Shown here piece by piece: positions 17,025 to 25,888 of a stretch of DNA of 30,405 nucleotides (the first letter of the stretch is position 1; every line of letters begins with the position of its first letter). The position numbers and the translations under genes are program-made. The stretch is taken from assembly GCA_029974275.1 (NCBI GenBank), contig JARKSN010000204.1, positions 1 through 30,405 of the forward strand. The letters are read 5' to 3'. Below the pieces are notes generated by a model. The model did no database searches and was not told the DNA's origin. It saw nothing but the letters and a program-made list of their open reading frames with translations. The DNA is from Candidatus Hydrogenedentota bacterium (GTDB lineage Bacteria; Hydrogenedentota; Hydrogenedentia; Hydrogenedentales; SLHB01).

Positions 17025-17042
17025 TATCAAGCGCCGTGCCAA
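17025..17042 (-). promoter_or_regulatory. sigma54 (-24/-12) promoter of the hypothetical-cheW-MCP operon
   Basis: The - strand reads TTGGCACGGCGCTTGATA: a perfect -24 box, GG-N10-GA, and the same TTGATA -12 as upstream of cheA. Confidence 0.78.
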
Positions 17043-17067
17043 GACGAAAAGAAACGGCGATATGTTG

Positions 17068-17080
17068 AAAGCGATTGATA
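17068..17080 (-). promoter_or_regulatory. IHF-like binding site
   Basis: The - strand reads TATCAATCGCTTT, one mismatch to WATCAANNNNTTR, between the palindrome array and the promoter. Confidence 0.45.
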
Positions 17081-17136
17081 GGAAAGGAGTTCCGCAAACC
17101 GTCCGCTCGGGGCGCGCGATCGGCGGCTTCTGGCGT

Positions 17137-17191
17137 TCCGGTTTTTCTGGACAGAGTCCAGTTATTCCGTATCCGCTCCGGGTTCACCGGA
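17137..17191 (-). promoter_or_regulatory. Putative upstream activator array: three 15-bp palindromes on a 20-bp period
   Basis: On the + strand: TCCGGTTTTTCTGGA (17137), TCCAGTTATTCCGTA (17157) and TCCGGGTTCACCGGA (17177). Confidence 0.72.
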
Positions 17192-17208
17192 CGATGGGAA
17201 GGGGTAGG

Positions 17209-18618
17209 CTATTCCGTACCAGAAAGATGATGTTTTTTCAGCAGTTCGTAGAGGCGGGACTTGGAAAGCTCCGAGAGTTCGCAGGCTTCCTTGACATTCC
17301 CTTTTGTGGCGGAGAGCAGTTTTTGTAAGTACTGTCTTTCTGCAGCGTCGACGGCGCCGCTGCGGAATGCATGAAAGGAGGGCAGAGAGGCCAATCCGTT
17401 GGGGCGGACGTCTGGGCGGTCCTGGGGGGCCGATGTCGCGGGAAGGGAGTCGCAGGCTTTTTGAATGCGCAGATATAACGGCAGGTGTCTGGCAAACAAG
17501 GTGCTCTCCTGACCGGCATTGGCAAGGGCCCAATCGACGGCATTGAGGAGTTCGCGGACGTTGCCGGGCCAGGAATAGGACTCGAGCGCCTCGAAGAAAT
17601 CCGGCGAAAAACGTCGGGTGTCCGCCTGATGGCTCTCGCACAGTCGGTCGAGATAGCTCAAGACAATGTATTTGATGTCGTCGGAGCGTTTGCGGAGCGG
17701 CGGCAATTCGATAGAGATGGTCTGAAGGCGGAATAGGAGATCGCTTCGGAAACGGCCCGCTTTTACTTCTTCGTTCAGGTCTCGATTGGTTGCGGAAACC
17801 AGCCTGAAAGCGCTTCGTATCTCTCGATTGCCGCCGACGGGACGGAAGCAACGCTCCTGGAGCACCCGCAAGAACGCCCGCTGCACGGCAAGCGGCAGCT
17901 CGCCGATTTCGTCGAGAAACAGAGTCCCCTTGTCCGCCTGTTCCACCAGCCCCGACTGGGTTTTGTCGGCGCCTGTAAAGGCCCCTTTGACGTGGCCAAA
18001 CAGGACGCTTTCCACCAGATTGGCGGGCAGCGCCGCACAATCCACGACAACGAAGTTTTCCCCTGCGCGCGGACTGTTTTCGTGGATGGCGCGTGCGAAA
18101 AGCTCCTTTCCTGTTCCGGTTTCGCCGGTGATGAGGACGTTGACGTGGCTGCCTGCGGCCTGGGCCAACAGATCAAAACATCCTCGCATGGAGGGGCTTT
18201 TGCCGGCGATGTTTCCGAGATTCAGCGCCATGGCAGGGCGGTTCGCCGTTTTTTCTTCCCGGTACTTGAGAACGCGCGTCAACTGCAACGTCAACTCATT
18301 GCTAGATATGGGCTTGTGAATGTAGTCCCAGGCGCCGTTTTTGATGGCAAGTTCCGCGCCCGACGGGTCGCCGTCGCCGGTCACGATGATGACTTCTGGG
18401 GGGGATGCGACTTCGCGGATGACCGGCAACGCTGCCAAACCGTTGCCATCGGGAAGGCAGACATCCAGTATCGTCACGTCGAATTGCCCGGCGCGGAGTT
18501 CGTCAAGGCCTTTTTGGAGGGAGCTCGCCGCTGTGGCCTCGTGCCCCATTCCTCGGATGCGGCGGATCAGCATATCGCACAGGATCGCGTCGTCATCGAT
18601 TACCAGAATGCTTGCCAT
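17209..18618 (-). CDS. NtrC-family sigma54-dependent response regulator (REC-AAA+-Fis HTH)
   Basis: ILVIDDD, ILDVCLPDG, Walker A GETGTGKE, GAFTGA, GTLFLDEIG, FRSDLLFRL, WPGNVREL and a C-terminal HTH (GNVKEACELSELSKSRLYELLKKH). Confidence 0.96.
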   Translation of the reverse strand: MASILVIDDDAILCDMLIRRIRGMGHEATAASSLQKGLDELRAGQFDVTILDVCLPDGNGLAALPVIREVASPPEVIIVTGDGDPSGAELAIKNGAWDYIHKPISSNELTLQLTRVLKYREEKTANRPAMALNLGNIAGKSPSMRGCFDLLAQAAGSHVNVLITGETGTGKELFARAIHENSPRAGENFVVVDCAALPANLVESVLFGHVKGAFTGADKTQSGLVEQADKGTLFLDEIGELPLAVQRAFLRVLQERCFRPVGGNREIRSAFRLVSATNRDLNEEVKAGRFRSDLLFRLQTISIELPPLRKRSDDIKYIVLSYLDRLCESHQADTRRFSPDFFEALESYSWPGNVRELLNAVDWALANAGQESTLFARHLPLYLRIQKACDSLPATSAPQDRPDVRPNGLASLPSFHAFRSGAVDAAERQYLQKLLSATKGNVKEACELSELSKSRLYELLKKHHLSGTE

Positions 18619-18973
18619 GCATCACCTCGCTGCCAACAGGCCTTGCGTGGCGACTTTTCGGGCGCAATGCATGATGCCGCTTCCCCCCAATGCTCTACTG
18701 CAGGCCATGGGAGATCGAAGTGCAATCTCGGGCGTTAAGCCCGATCCGGCTCGATTGCTCGTCTCGCCTAACTGGCCAGCTTGGATGTCTTGCCACGCTG
18801 GAAACGGATTAAGTATACACGATCATGCTGGATTTTTCACGGGAAAGTACCTAGTCAATGCAAATTATGCGCAACAATACCAGATGCGCCGATCTTTTTT
18901 CATAAACCGCGCATGAGGGAAGCGTGGGAGGTTGCAGCCTACCCCAGAAATATCGGTTGCAGGTTTTGGGTGG

Positions 18974-19420
18974 TCATTTTGCAAAGTATTGGGGAGGCGG
19001 CGGGGACTGGGATTGGGACATCGGATCCGCCGCCCTCGTTGTCTTGTCCTCGGAAGGGCGATGGATTTGCACAATGACGTAGCGTCCGTCCCGCAAGGAG
19101 GAATAGGGAGTTAGCTGAAGATGATGGTTGTGGTGGTGGTTGGATGAGTGGGGGGCATGATAGCGATGTTCCGTGCTGACGATTTTTCCGATGATTCCCG
19201 AGGGGTTCTCCGGGGTGTAGTCTACCGAAGCGCCGGGAAACTGACGGCAGAGCTTGAATAGTTCCCCCAGGAGTTGGGGGCTATCACAGACGATTCTGCC
19301 GGCGCGGTTGTGGCGTTGGTCGCACCAGGTGATTTCAAACAGCTCATCCGCGAAGTCATGCTGCACACCCTCGGCAATATAGGAGGCCGCGCGATCGGGA
19401 TCGTCAAAATTGGCATGCAT
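18974..19420 (-). CDS. Hypothetical protein with His-rich segment
   Basis: ATG follows AAAGGGAGAG. The first ~90 aa look globular and are followed by HRYHAPHSSNHHHNHH. No family recognised; the true 3' end is uncertain. Confidence 0.4.
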   Translation of the reverse strand: MHANFDDPDRAASYIAEGVQHDFADELFEITWCDQRHNRAGRIVCDSPQLLGELFKLCRQFPGASVDYTPENPSGIIGKIVSTEHRYHAPHSSNHHHNHHLQLTPYSSLRDGRYVIVQIHRPSEDKTTRAADPMSQSQSPPPPQYFAK

Positions 19421-19609
19421 GGGAACTCTCCCTTTCCCCCTGCTCCTCCTGAGACCACCGAGTCCCGATTAAATAGTACCCCGTAAATCTATGCTACGTC
19501 AAGTGAAGCGGCGGGAGAGATTTGCGGGATATGCCGGACGGGGCAATGTTTTTTGCCTGGAGGGCGTTGTTTGCGGAATGGCTCTCTGCTTTTCGTGAAA
19601 GATTTTGAA

Positions 19610-19638
19610 TTGTCTCGTTCGTCTGGTGTGCGTATGAT
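19610..19638 (+). promoter_or_regulatory. Candidate sigma70 promoter
   Basis: TTGTCT-17 nt-TATGAT, 60 nt upstream of ATG 19699. Confidence 0.4.
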
Positions 19639-19698
19639 GCTCTTGTCACGTGTGGTGGCGTATGACCGAAGGCAGAGCCGTCTGAGAGAGGGGGGACA

Positions 19699-22260
19699 AT
19701 GAACGGTTTACGATTCATTTCGGCGTTGGCGTTGCTGCCGGCCGTCGGCGTGGGTGCGGTGTGGGCGGATGATGCGACGATGGTCGTATACATCGCTCCT
19801 GATGGGAACGACGCGTGGAGCGGTTTGGCGCCTAGTCCGTCGTCCACAGGCGCGGATGGTCCGCTGGCGACCATGGAAGGCGCGCGCGATTTTATCCGGC
19901 GTCTGAAGGCCGAGGGGCGGTTTGTGAAGCCAGTTCGGGTTTTGTTTCGGGGGGGGGCATATCGCTTGACGGCTCCGGTGACGTTTCTTCCGGAGGATTC
20001 GGGAAGGCCGGATGCGCCGATTGTGTATGCGGCGTATCCGGGGGAGAAGGCGTTGTTTTGCGGCGGTCGCGTGGTTTCGGGATGGAAGCGCGAGGGGGCC
20101 CTGTGGTCGGCGGATGTTTCCGAAATGGACGGGAAGTTTCTTTCGTTTTGGGTGAATGGGAAACGGTGTGTGCCGGCTCGGATTCCGGATGAGGGCTATT
20201 TTTTTGCCGAGGGTATTGTGCCGGGTTCAGAAGACCCGAGCAAGGGAAGTCGGCGCGCGCTTCGTTTCCGGCCCGGGGATATCCGGCATTGGGGGAATTT
20301 GGACGAGGTGCGCGTGGTCGTGACCAATTCTTGGGAGACGTCCCTGCATTACATCGCGGATATTTGCGATGCAGATTCTATTGTCACGTTTACGGGATCG
20401 GCGTGGAGTCCATTTGGCACGTGGACGATGCCGATTGCGTATCACGTGGAGAATACCCTGGAAGGTCTGAACCAGCCGGGAGAGTGGTGCGTGACGGACG
20501 GAGTGATGCACTACCTGCCTCGTCCCGGCGAGGACATGAAGCGGGCGGAGGCGGTGGTTCCTGTCGCGGAGCGATTGGTGGTGTTGCAGGGCGATGTGTC
20601 CGCGGGGAGTTTTGTCGAGTTTGTGCGTTTCGAGGGGCTTCGTTTTGCGCACACCGACTATCCTGTTCCTCCCGAAGGGAAGAGCGATCCGCAGGCGGCT
20701 TTCAGCGTGACGGCGGCAATAGAGGCGCATGGGGCGCGGTATTGCACGTTTCAAGATTGCGAGGTGGCGCATACGACCAATCACGGCATTTGGCTAGCGG
20801 AAGGGTGTCTGTATAACCGAGTGCAACGCAGCAACCTGCATGACTTGGGCGCGGGCGGCATTCGGATCGGCGTTGGGTCGAGAGAGGAAGATCCCGAGCG
20901 GTCAACGTCGTGGAATGATATCGACAATAATTGGATTCATGGGGGAGGCCGTGTTTTTCCGGCGGGATGCGGCGTGTGGATAGGGGCGAGTTCTTATAAC
21001 ACGGTCTCGCACAACGAAATCTTCGACATGTATTACACCGGGGTTTCTGTCGGTTGGAGTTGGGGGTACGGGCCGAGCGCCGCGCATCATAACATCATCG
21101 AGTTCAATCACATTCATCGCATCGGTCAAAGCCGCCTCAGCGACATGGGAGGTATTTACACGCTTGGCATATCGCCGGGCACGATTCTTCGGAACAACGT
21201 GATTCACGATATTTGGGCCATGACGTATGGGGGGTGGGGCATTTATCTCGACGAGGGCAGCACCGATATTTTGGTCGAGAACAATGTGGTCTACCGAACG
21301 AAGTCCGGGGGCTTCCACCAGCATTACGGCAAGGAGAACCGCATTCGCAACAATGTTTTCGCGTTTGCGAGCGACGCGCAGATCATCCGGACACGGGAGG
21401 AGGAGCATTGGTCGTTTTTCTTTGAGAAGAATGTGGTTCTTTGCGACAACGGCCGTTTTTGGGGCGGAAATTATAGCAATGGGCGTTTCTCGTTTCAGGA
21501 CAATCTTTACTGGAATTATGCGAGGAAGGCGGAGGAGCTTGGCCAAAATGTGTTGGATTCGCGCCGTGAAAAGGGCCAGGATTTGCGGTCGGCGTATAGG
21601 GACCCGCATATGGTCGATCCACAAAAAAGCGATTTTCGTTTTGCCAAGAATGCCCCGGAGCTTCCGACAGGGTTTCGTTCCATTGATGTGAGATCGGCGG
21701 GGCTGTGCGGCGCGCCGGCCTGGGTGCGCGGACCGAAAAAGGCGGCGCGTCAGGCGGGGCCGTATCTGCGCGTGGATGCAGAAGACCTGCATTTTGCGTA
21801 CAAGCATTCGGATTGTGAGATCGTCATGTCCTTTGATCAGGAGTGGCTTTTCCGTTTCGATCCTGACGGGGTGGGAGAGCGGGAGGAGTGGCATGTTCGA
21901 ACCCCGTCTCTTCGTGAGTGGCGTCCGATTAGGGCTGGGGCGTCTTGGGAGGAGCAGTTGGGCGTTTCGTATGATGGGGCGGCGTGGTATTGGACTACGT
22001 TTCCGGTTCGTTCCTCCCTTCAGGGGAGGCGCTTGGCGCTGGCGTTCGGCGCGGTGGATGAAACGGCGGTCGTGTACATAAATGGTCAAAAGGCGGGGGC
22101 ATTCGGCACGTTGGGTCTTACATGGAACATGCCGTTTGAGATCGATATTACGTCGTTCGTCAAGCTGGGATCGAAGAACACGATTGCCGTGCGCGTGGAG
22201 GATTCGAAGGGGGCAGGGGGGATTTGGAAGAAGGTCAGGTTGATTTCTCCACGGACATGA
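19699..22260 (+). CDS. Secreted right-handed beta-helix carbohydrate-active protein with C-terminal GH2-type sugar-binding (jelly-roll) domain
   Basis: Signal peptide, YIAPDGNDAWSG...DGPLAT, FRGGAYRL, parallel beta-helix repeats (DMGGIYTLG, GWGIYLDEGS), and a C-terminal WLFRFDP...YDGAAWYW...FGAVDE.A.VYING...GGIWK. Confidence 0.85.
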   Translation: MNGLRFISALALLPAVGVGAVWADDATMVVYIAPDGNDAWSGLAPSPSSTGADGPLATMEGARDFIRRLKAEGRFVKPVRVLFRGGAYRLTAPVTFLPEDSGRPDAPIVYAAYPGEKALFCGGRVVSGWKREGALWSADVSEMDGKFLSFWVNGKRCVPARIPDEGYFFAEGIVPGSEDPSKGSRRALRFRPGDIRHWGNLDEVRVVVTNSWETSLHYIADICDADSIVTFTGSAWSPFGTWTMPIAYHVENTLEGLNQPGEWCVTDGVMHYLPRPGEDMKRAEAVVPVAERLVVLQGDVSAGSFVEFVRFEGLRFAHTDYPVPPEGKSDPQAAFSVTAAIEAHGARYCTFQDCEVAHTTNHGIWLAEGCLYNRVQRSNLHDLGAGGIRIGVGSREEDPERSTSWNDIDNNWIHGGGRVFPAGCGVWIGASSYNTVSHNEIFDMYYTGVSVGWSWGYGPSAAHHNIIEFNHIHRIGQSRLSDMGGIYTLGISPGTILRNNVIHDIWAMTYGGWGIYLDEGSTDILVENNVVYRTKSGGFHQHYGKENRIRNNVFAFASDAQIIRTREEEHWSFFFEKNVVLCDNGRFWGGNYSNGRFSFQDNLYWNYARKAEELGQNVLDSRREKGQDLRSAYRDPHMVDPQKSDFRFAKNAPELPTGFRSIDVRSAGLCGAPAWVRGPKKAARQAGPYLRVDAEDLHFAYKHSDCEIVMSFDQEWLFRFDPDGVGEREEWHVRTPSLREWRPIRAGASWEEQLGVSYDGAAWYWTTFPVRSSLQGRRLALAFGAVDETAVVYINGQKAGAFGTLGLTWNMPFEIDITSFVKLGSKNTIAVRVEDSKGAGGIWKKVRLISPRT

Positions 22261-22324
22261 TCGACAAGGCCTGCGGGTTGGCGGCAGGTTTCGCCTATGC
22301 ATGCGGACGTTAAGCGGCGGGCGT

Positions 22325-24652
22325 TTAGGGGGCGTTGGCTTGGCGTCGCCGTGCTTCGGCGAGATCGCGCAGCGTGTCCGGGTCTCCGGGTTGTAGCGCC
22401 AGGGATCGTTCGAATTCGTTGATGGCTTGTTCGAAATTGCCGGCGCGCAGGAGGGATCGACCCAGTTTTCTGCGCAGGACGGCGTTGCCGGGGGCGAGGG
22501 CAACCGCCTGGAAGTAATGTTCCGCCGCGTTCCGTGCGTCGCCCAATTGCATCAAAGCGTCGGCGAGGCGTGTAAGGGCGTCCAGGTTGGGGGGGGGGGA
22601 TTGCGCGGCGATGGCGTAGTCCGCGATGGCGTCAGACGTTCGGCCCAGTTTTGTGAGTGTGTCGCCTCGCGCGAGGCGGGCTTCGGCGTCTTGTGGGATT
22701 TGAGAGATCGCTTGGTTGGCGTGGGCCAAGGCTTGCTCGGGAAGTTCTTGGGCCAGCGATATTTTGGCGAGGTAGACGTGTGCTTGGGCGGTGTCGCGTC
22801 CAGTGGTTCCGAGCAGCGCCCTTTCGCACACGGTTCGGGCCTCGTTCAGGCGATTCAGCCGGTAGAGGGCGTAGCTGTAGTCCACGAGGATGCCGGGTTC
22901 GACGGCGGGATCGGCCGCCGCGCGTCCGTACAGTTCCGCTGCGCGTTCGAAATGGTCTTGTCCCATCTCGATGCTGGCGAGATTGGCGAGGGCGAGCATG
23001 TAATCGGGCTTCAGGCGGATGGCTTCTTCGTATGCGACGGCGGCTTCGTGTATGCGGCCGATTTTACGGAGCATGTCGCCTGTCGCCAGAAAGCGATCGG
23101 GGCGTGTCGGAGCGACGCGCGCGATGTTTTTGAATTCTTCGGCGGCTTCGTCGGCTCGTCCCAGCGCGTTGAGGGTGGTTCCCAGCGACATTCGCGCGAT
23201 AAAGGCGTCGGGGTTCAAGGCGAGGGCTTGTTTGAAGTAGTGGATGGCCTGTTCCCGCTGTCCGCGGTTGCTGAGGGTTGCGCCCAGGTTCGCGAGGATC
23301 ACGTAGTTGTTGCGCGTGACGTTGACGGTGTGGGTGAACAGTGTTTCGCCATCTTGCCACAGGCGGACTTGATGGTTGGCGCCTATGAGCAGCGCCGCCA
23401 GCGCAACGCCCGCGAGCGTCGCGATCGGTTTCGGTCCGAGGCGCCGCGCGAGCGCGTCGCGGGCTCCCCACGTCACCATGATGAAGGGCCCTGTCAGCGC
23501 GATGTACGTGTACCGATCGGCCATTCCGAAATTGGCCACCTGGACCAATCCAATCACGGGGAACAACACGCCGAGGTAATATAGCCAGCCGGTGGAGAGG
23601 TAGGGCCTGTTTGGGGCGAATTTGGCGATCGCGGCGGTTAGCGCCAGCAGGGCCAGTCCCGCAATGGCGACTTTGGTCCATGGCATGGACGCTCCGGCGA
23701 GCGAATCGGCGGGATGGGGATAGAATGGGGCAAGACCGGTTGGCCAGACCATTTTGATGAGGTACATGGCGTAGGCGAGGATGGCGTTGCCCACGCGGTC
23801 TGCGATGGAGTAGTCGCCGGTCGGCACGACGGTGCCGATTCGTTTTTGTCCGATATAGGCCAAAATGGAGAAGGCGAAGACAAGCGCGAAGAACGGCGTT
23901 TTTTCGAGGGCCAGTTTCAGGAAACATCTCCACGAATCACGCCGCGGGATGAGCCGTCCTTCTGTGCGTCCCAGCGGCCATATATCGAGCAGCAAGAGGA
24001 CGAATGGGAGCGTCACCAACATGGGCTTTGCGAGCAGGCCAAGCGTCAAGCAGAGCGATATCAGCAGATACCGTCCTGCGTTGCGGCGCTCGGCATACCA
24101 GACGTACGTCAGGCATGTGAGCATCCAGAACAGGGTGCTGAGCACGTCTTTGCGGGAGGCGACCCATGCGACCGATTCGACGTGCAACGGGTGAATGGCG
24201 AATAACGCCGCAACAAACGTGCTCGGGCCGAGTTGTCGCGTTGCGCGGGCGAGCACAAGAAGCAGCAATACGCTGTTGATGACGTGCAACGCGAGGCTTG
24301 TCAGGTGATGGCCGCCGGCGTTCATGCCAAACAAGCTGACGTCGATCATGTGCGATATCCACGCCAAGGGGTGCCAGTATCCGCCGGCCATCGACGTGAA
24401 TGCCCATCGGACGTTTTCCCAACTCAGCCCCGTGCGAACGTTGGGGTTTTCGACGTAGTTGGGATCGTCAAGGTTGATGAAATCGTTGAAGGCGACGCGC
24501 CAAAACGCCGCCAACGTCAATGCCGCAACGAATGCAGCGGCGCGGCCCAGATCGCGCGCGGGGACGGGGGGGCGGTCCGGGGAATCGGTTGTTCCTGCGG
24601 GCGTGGCGGGAAAGCGGTCTTTTTTCAGCGGTTTTTTCTTGTTGCGAGACAA
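22325..24652 (-). CDS. GT-C fold multi-TM glycosyltransferase with C-terminal TPR array (TMTC-like)
   Basis: N-terminal TM followed by FINLDD..YV, YWHPL, LFAIHPLHVESVAW...RKD, LAKPM, MADRYTY, W.DGETLF, then many TPR repeats. Confidence 0.88.
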   Translation of the reverse strand: MSRNKKKPLKKDRFPATPAGTTDSPDRPPVPARDLGRAAAFVAALTLAAFWRVAFNDFINLDDPNYVENPNVRTGLSWENVRWAFTSMAGGYWHPLAWISHMIDVSLFGMNAGGHHLTSLALHVINSVLLLLVLARATRQLGPSTFVAALFAIHPLHVESVAWVASRKDVLSTLFWMLTCLTYVWYAERRNAGRYLLISLCLTLGLLAKPMLVTLPFVLLLLDIWPLGRTEGRLIPRRDSWRCFLKLALEKTPFFALVFAFSILAYIGQKRIGTVVPTGDYSIADRVGNAILAYAMYLIKMVWPTGLAPFYPHPADSLAGASMPWTKVAIAGLALLALTAAIAKFAPNRPYLSTGWLYYLGVLFPVIGLVQVANFGMADRYTYIALTGPFIMVTWGARDALARRLGPKPIATLAGVALAALLIGANHQVRLWQDGETLFTHTVNVTRNNYVILANLGATLSNRGQREQAIHYFKQALALNPDAFIARMSLGTTLNALGRADEAAEEFKNIARVAPTRPDRFLATGDMLRKIGRIHEAAVAYEEAIRLKPDYMLALANLASIEMGQDHFERAAELYGRAAADPAVEPGILVDYSYALYRLNRLNEARTVCERALLGTTGRDTAQAHVYLAKISLAQELPEQALAHANQAISQIPQDAEARLARGDTLTKLGRTSDAIADYAIAAQSPPPNLDALTRLADALMQLGDARNAAEHYFQAVALAPGNAVLRRKLGRSLLRAGNFEQAINEFERSLALQPGDPDTLRDLAEARRRQANAP

Positions 24653-25854
24653 CGGCGGACCTCTTCAAACGCCTCTTCGACGGTGATGGATTGCATGCAG
24701 ACGTTGTTGCGGCATGGCGAGAAGCGATGGTTCAGCACGTTCATGCACGGACTGCACGCCAGACCTGCCCAGAGGACGTGGCAGCGTCCGCCGAGTGGGC
24801 CGTAGAGTTCGGGGGTCTCGGGGCCGAATAGAACGACGGTCTCGATATCCGTGAGTGATGCGAAATGCGCAGGGCCGCTGTCGTTGGTGATCATGACGTC
24901 GCTCAGGGCGTATAGCGCCAGGAGTTCGCGCAGGCTGGTGCGCCCCGCGGCGTTTACCGCGCGTGGCGATCCGATGTCGCGGCGAAGACGTTCGGCGGCC
25001 TGGCGTTCGGAGGGGTCTCCGACCAGGATGACCGAAGCGTCTTGCATTTCCGCGAGGATGCGGCGTCCGAGCGCGATGAAACGTTCCTCCGGCCATTTGC
25101 GCAACGGCATCAGGTCGCCGGCATTCGGGTTGAGCAGGATGATGGGGCCTTGAGGATGGGTTCCAAGCAGTTCGTGGAGCATCGACTGGGCGGCGTGGCG
25201 TTCTTGCTCCGTAGGGACGAAAGGCGGCACGGTTTCGTCGAGCGGGCCTGCGGGCGTTTTCGGCAGGGGCAGGTCGTTGGGGTCGTGGTTCAATGCGTGG
25301 ACCAGCAGATGACAGAGCTTGGCGGCGTGCAGATAGGGGTTGTATTGCACGCGGTGGGTCATCAGGTCGCCGCGGTAGGGGGCTTCGCTGGTGAAGCGGT
25401 GCAGGCCGACGCGGCGTTGCGCGCCGCAGAGATACGCGAGAAGAGCCGAGGCGCGCGAGTAGAATTCCATGTCGATTGTTGCGTCGATGCCGGTGCGGCG
25501 GATTGCGGACAGCGCGCGCAGGGCGTCCATCGCAAAGGCGCAAAAGCGATGGTTTCGTATCGTGAATACGTTTTGTTCGGGTACGATGCCGAGGAGATCG
25601 AGAATGGGCCGGTTTTCTTCGAAGACGCAGAAGTAGACGTTGTCGCGCCCGACCTTTGCGACGGCTTCGCGGATGGCGCTGTGCATGAGGACCGTCGCGC
25701 CTTGCTCGATGAGTTTGATGAACAAGATGCGGCGAACCGGCGGCAAGGCGCGTCGTCCGCGAAGGAGGCGTCCGGCGCGCGCGACGATCGTGAGCAGGGC
25801 GCACAGCGGTCGTCCCATCCACAGGTCCAGCATGCGTATGGTGTTGACTCTCAC
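24625..25854 (-). CDS. Glycosyltransferase family 9 (heptosyltransferase-like)
   Basis: RRILFIKL, ILLNPNAG...RKWP, NAAGRTSLREL, MITNDSGPAHFA, VVLFGPETP and CSPC...C..NVCM. Confidence 0.9.
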   Translation of the reverse strand: MRVNTIRMLDLWMGRPLCALLTIVARAGRLLRGRRALPPVRRILFIKLIEQGATVLMHSAIREAVAKVGRDNVYFCVFEENRPILDLLGIVPEQNVFTIRNHRFCAFAMDALRALSAIRRTGIDATIDMEFYSRASALLAYLCGAQRRVGLHRFTSEAPYRGDLMTHRVQYNPYLHAAKLCHLLVHALNHDPNDLPLPKTPAGPLDETVPPFVPTEQERHAAQSMLHELLGTHPQGPIILLNPNAGDLMPLRKWPEERFIALGRRILAEMQDASVILVGDPSERQAAERLRRDIGSPRAVNAAGRTSLRELLALYALSDVMITNDSGPAHFASLTDIETVVLFGPETPELYGPLGGRCHVLWAGLACSPCMNVLNHRFSPCRNNVCMQSITVEEAFEEVRRCLATRKNR

Positions 25855-25888
25855 GGGCGTCGGGCGTCCTTGTGTTTGTTCTTCATCG

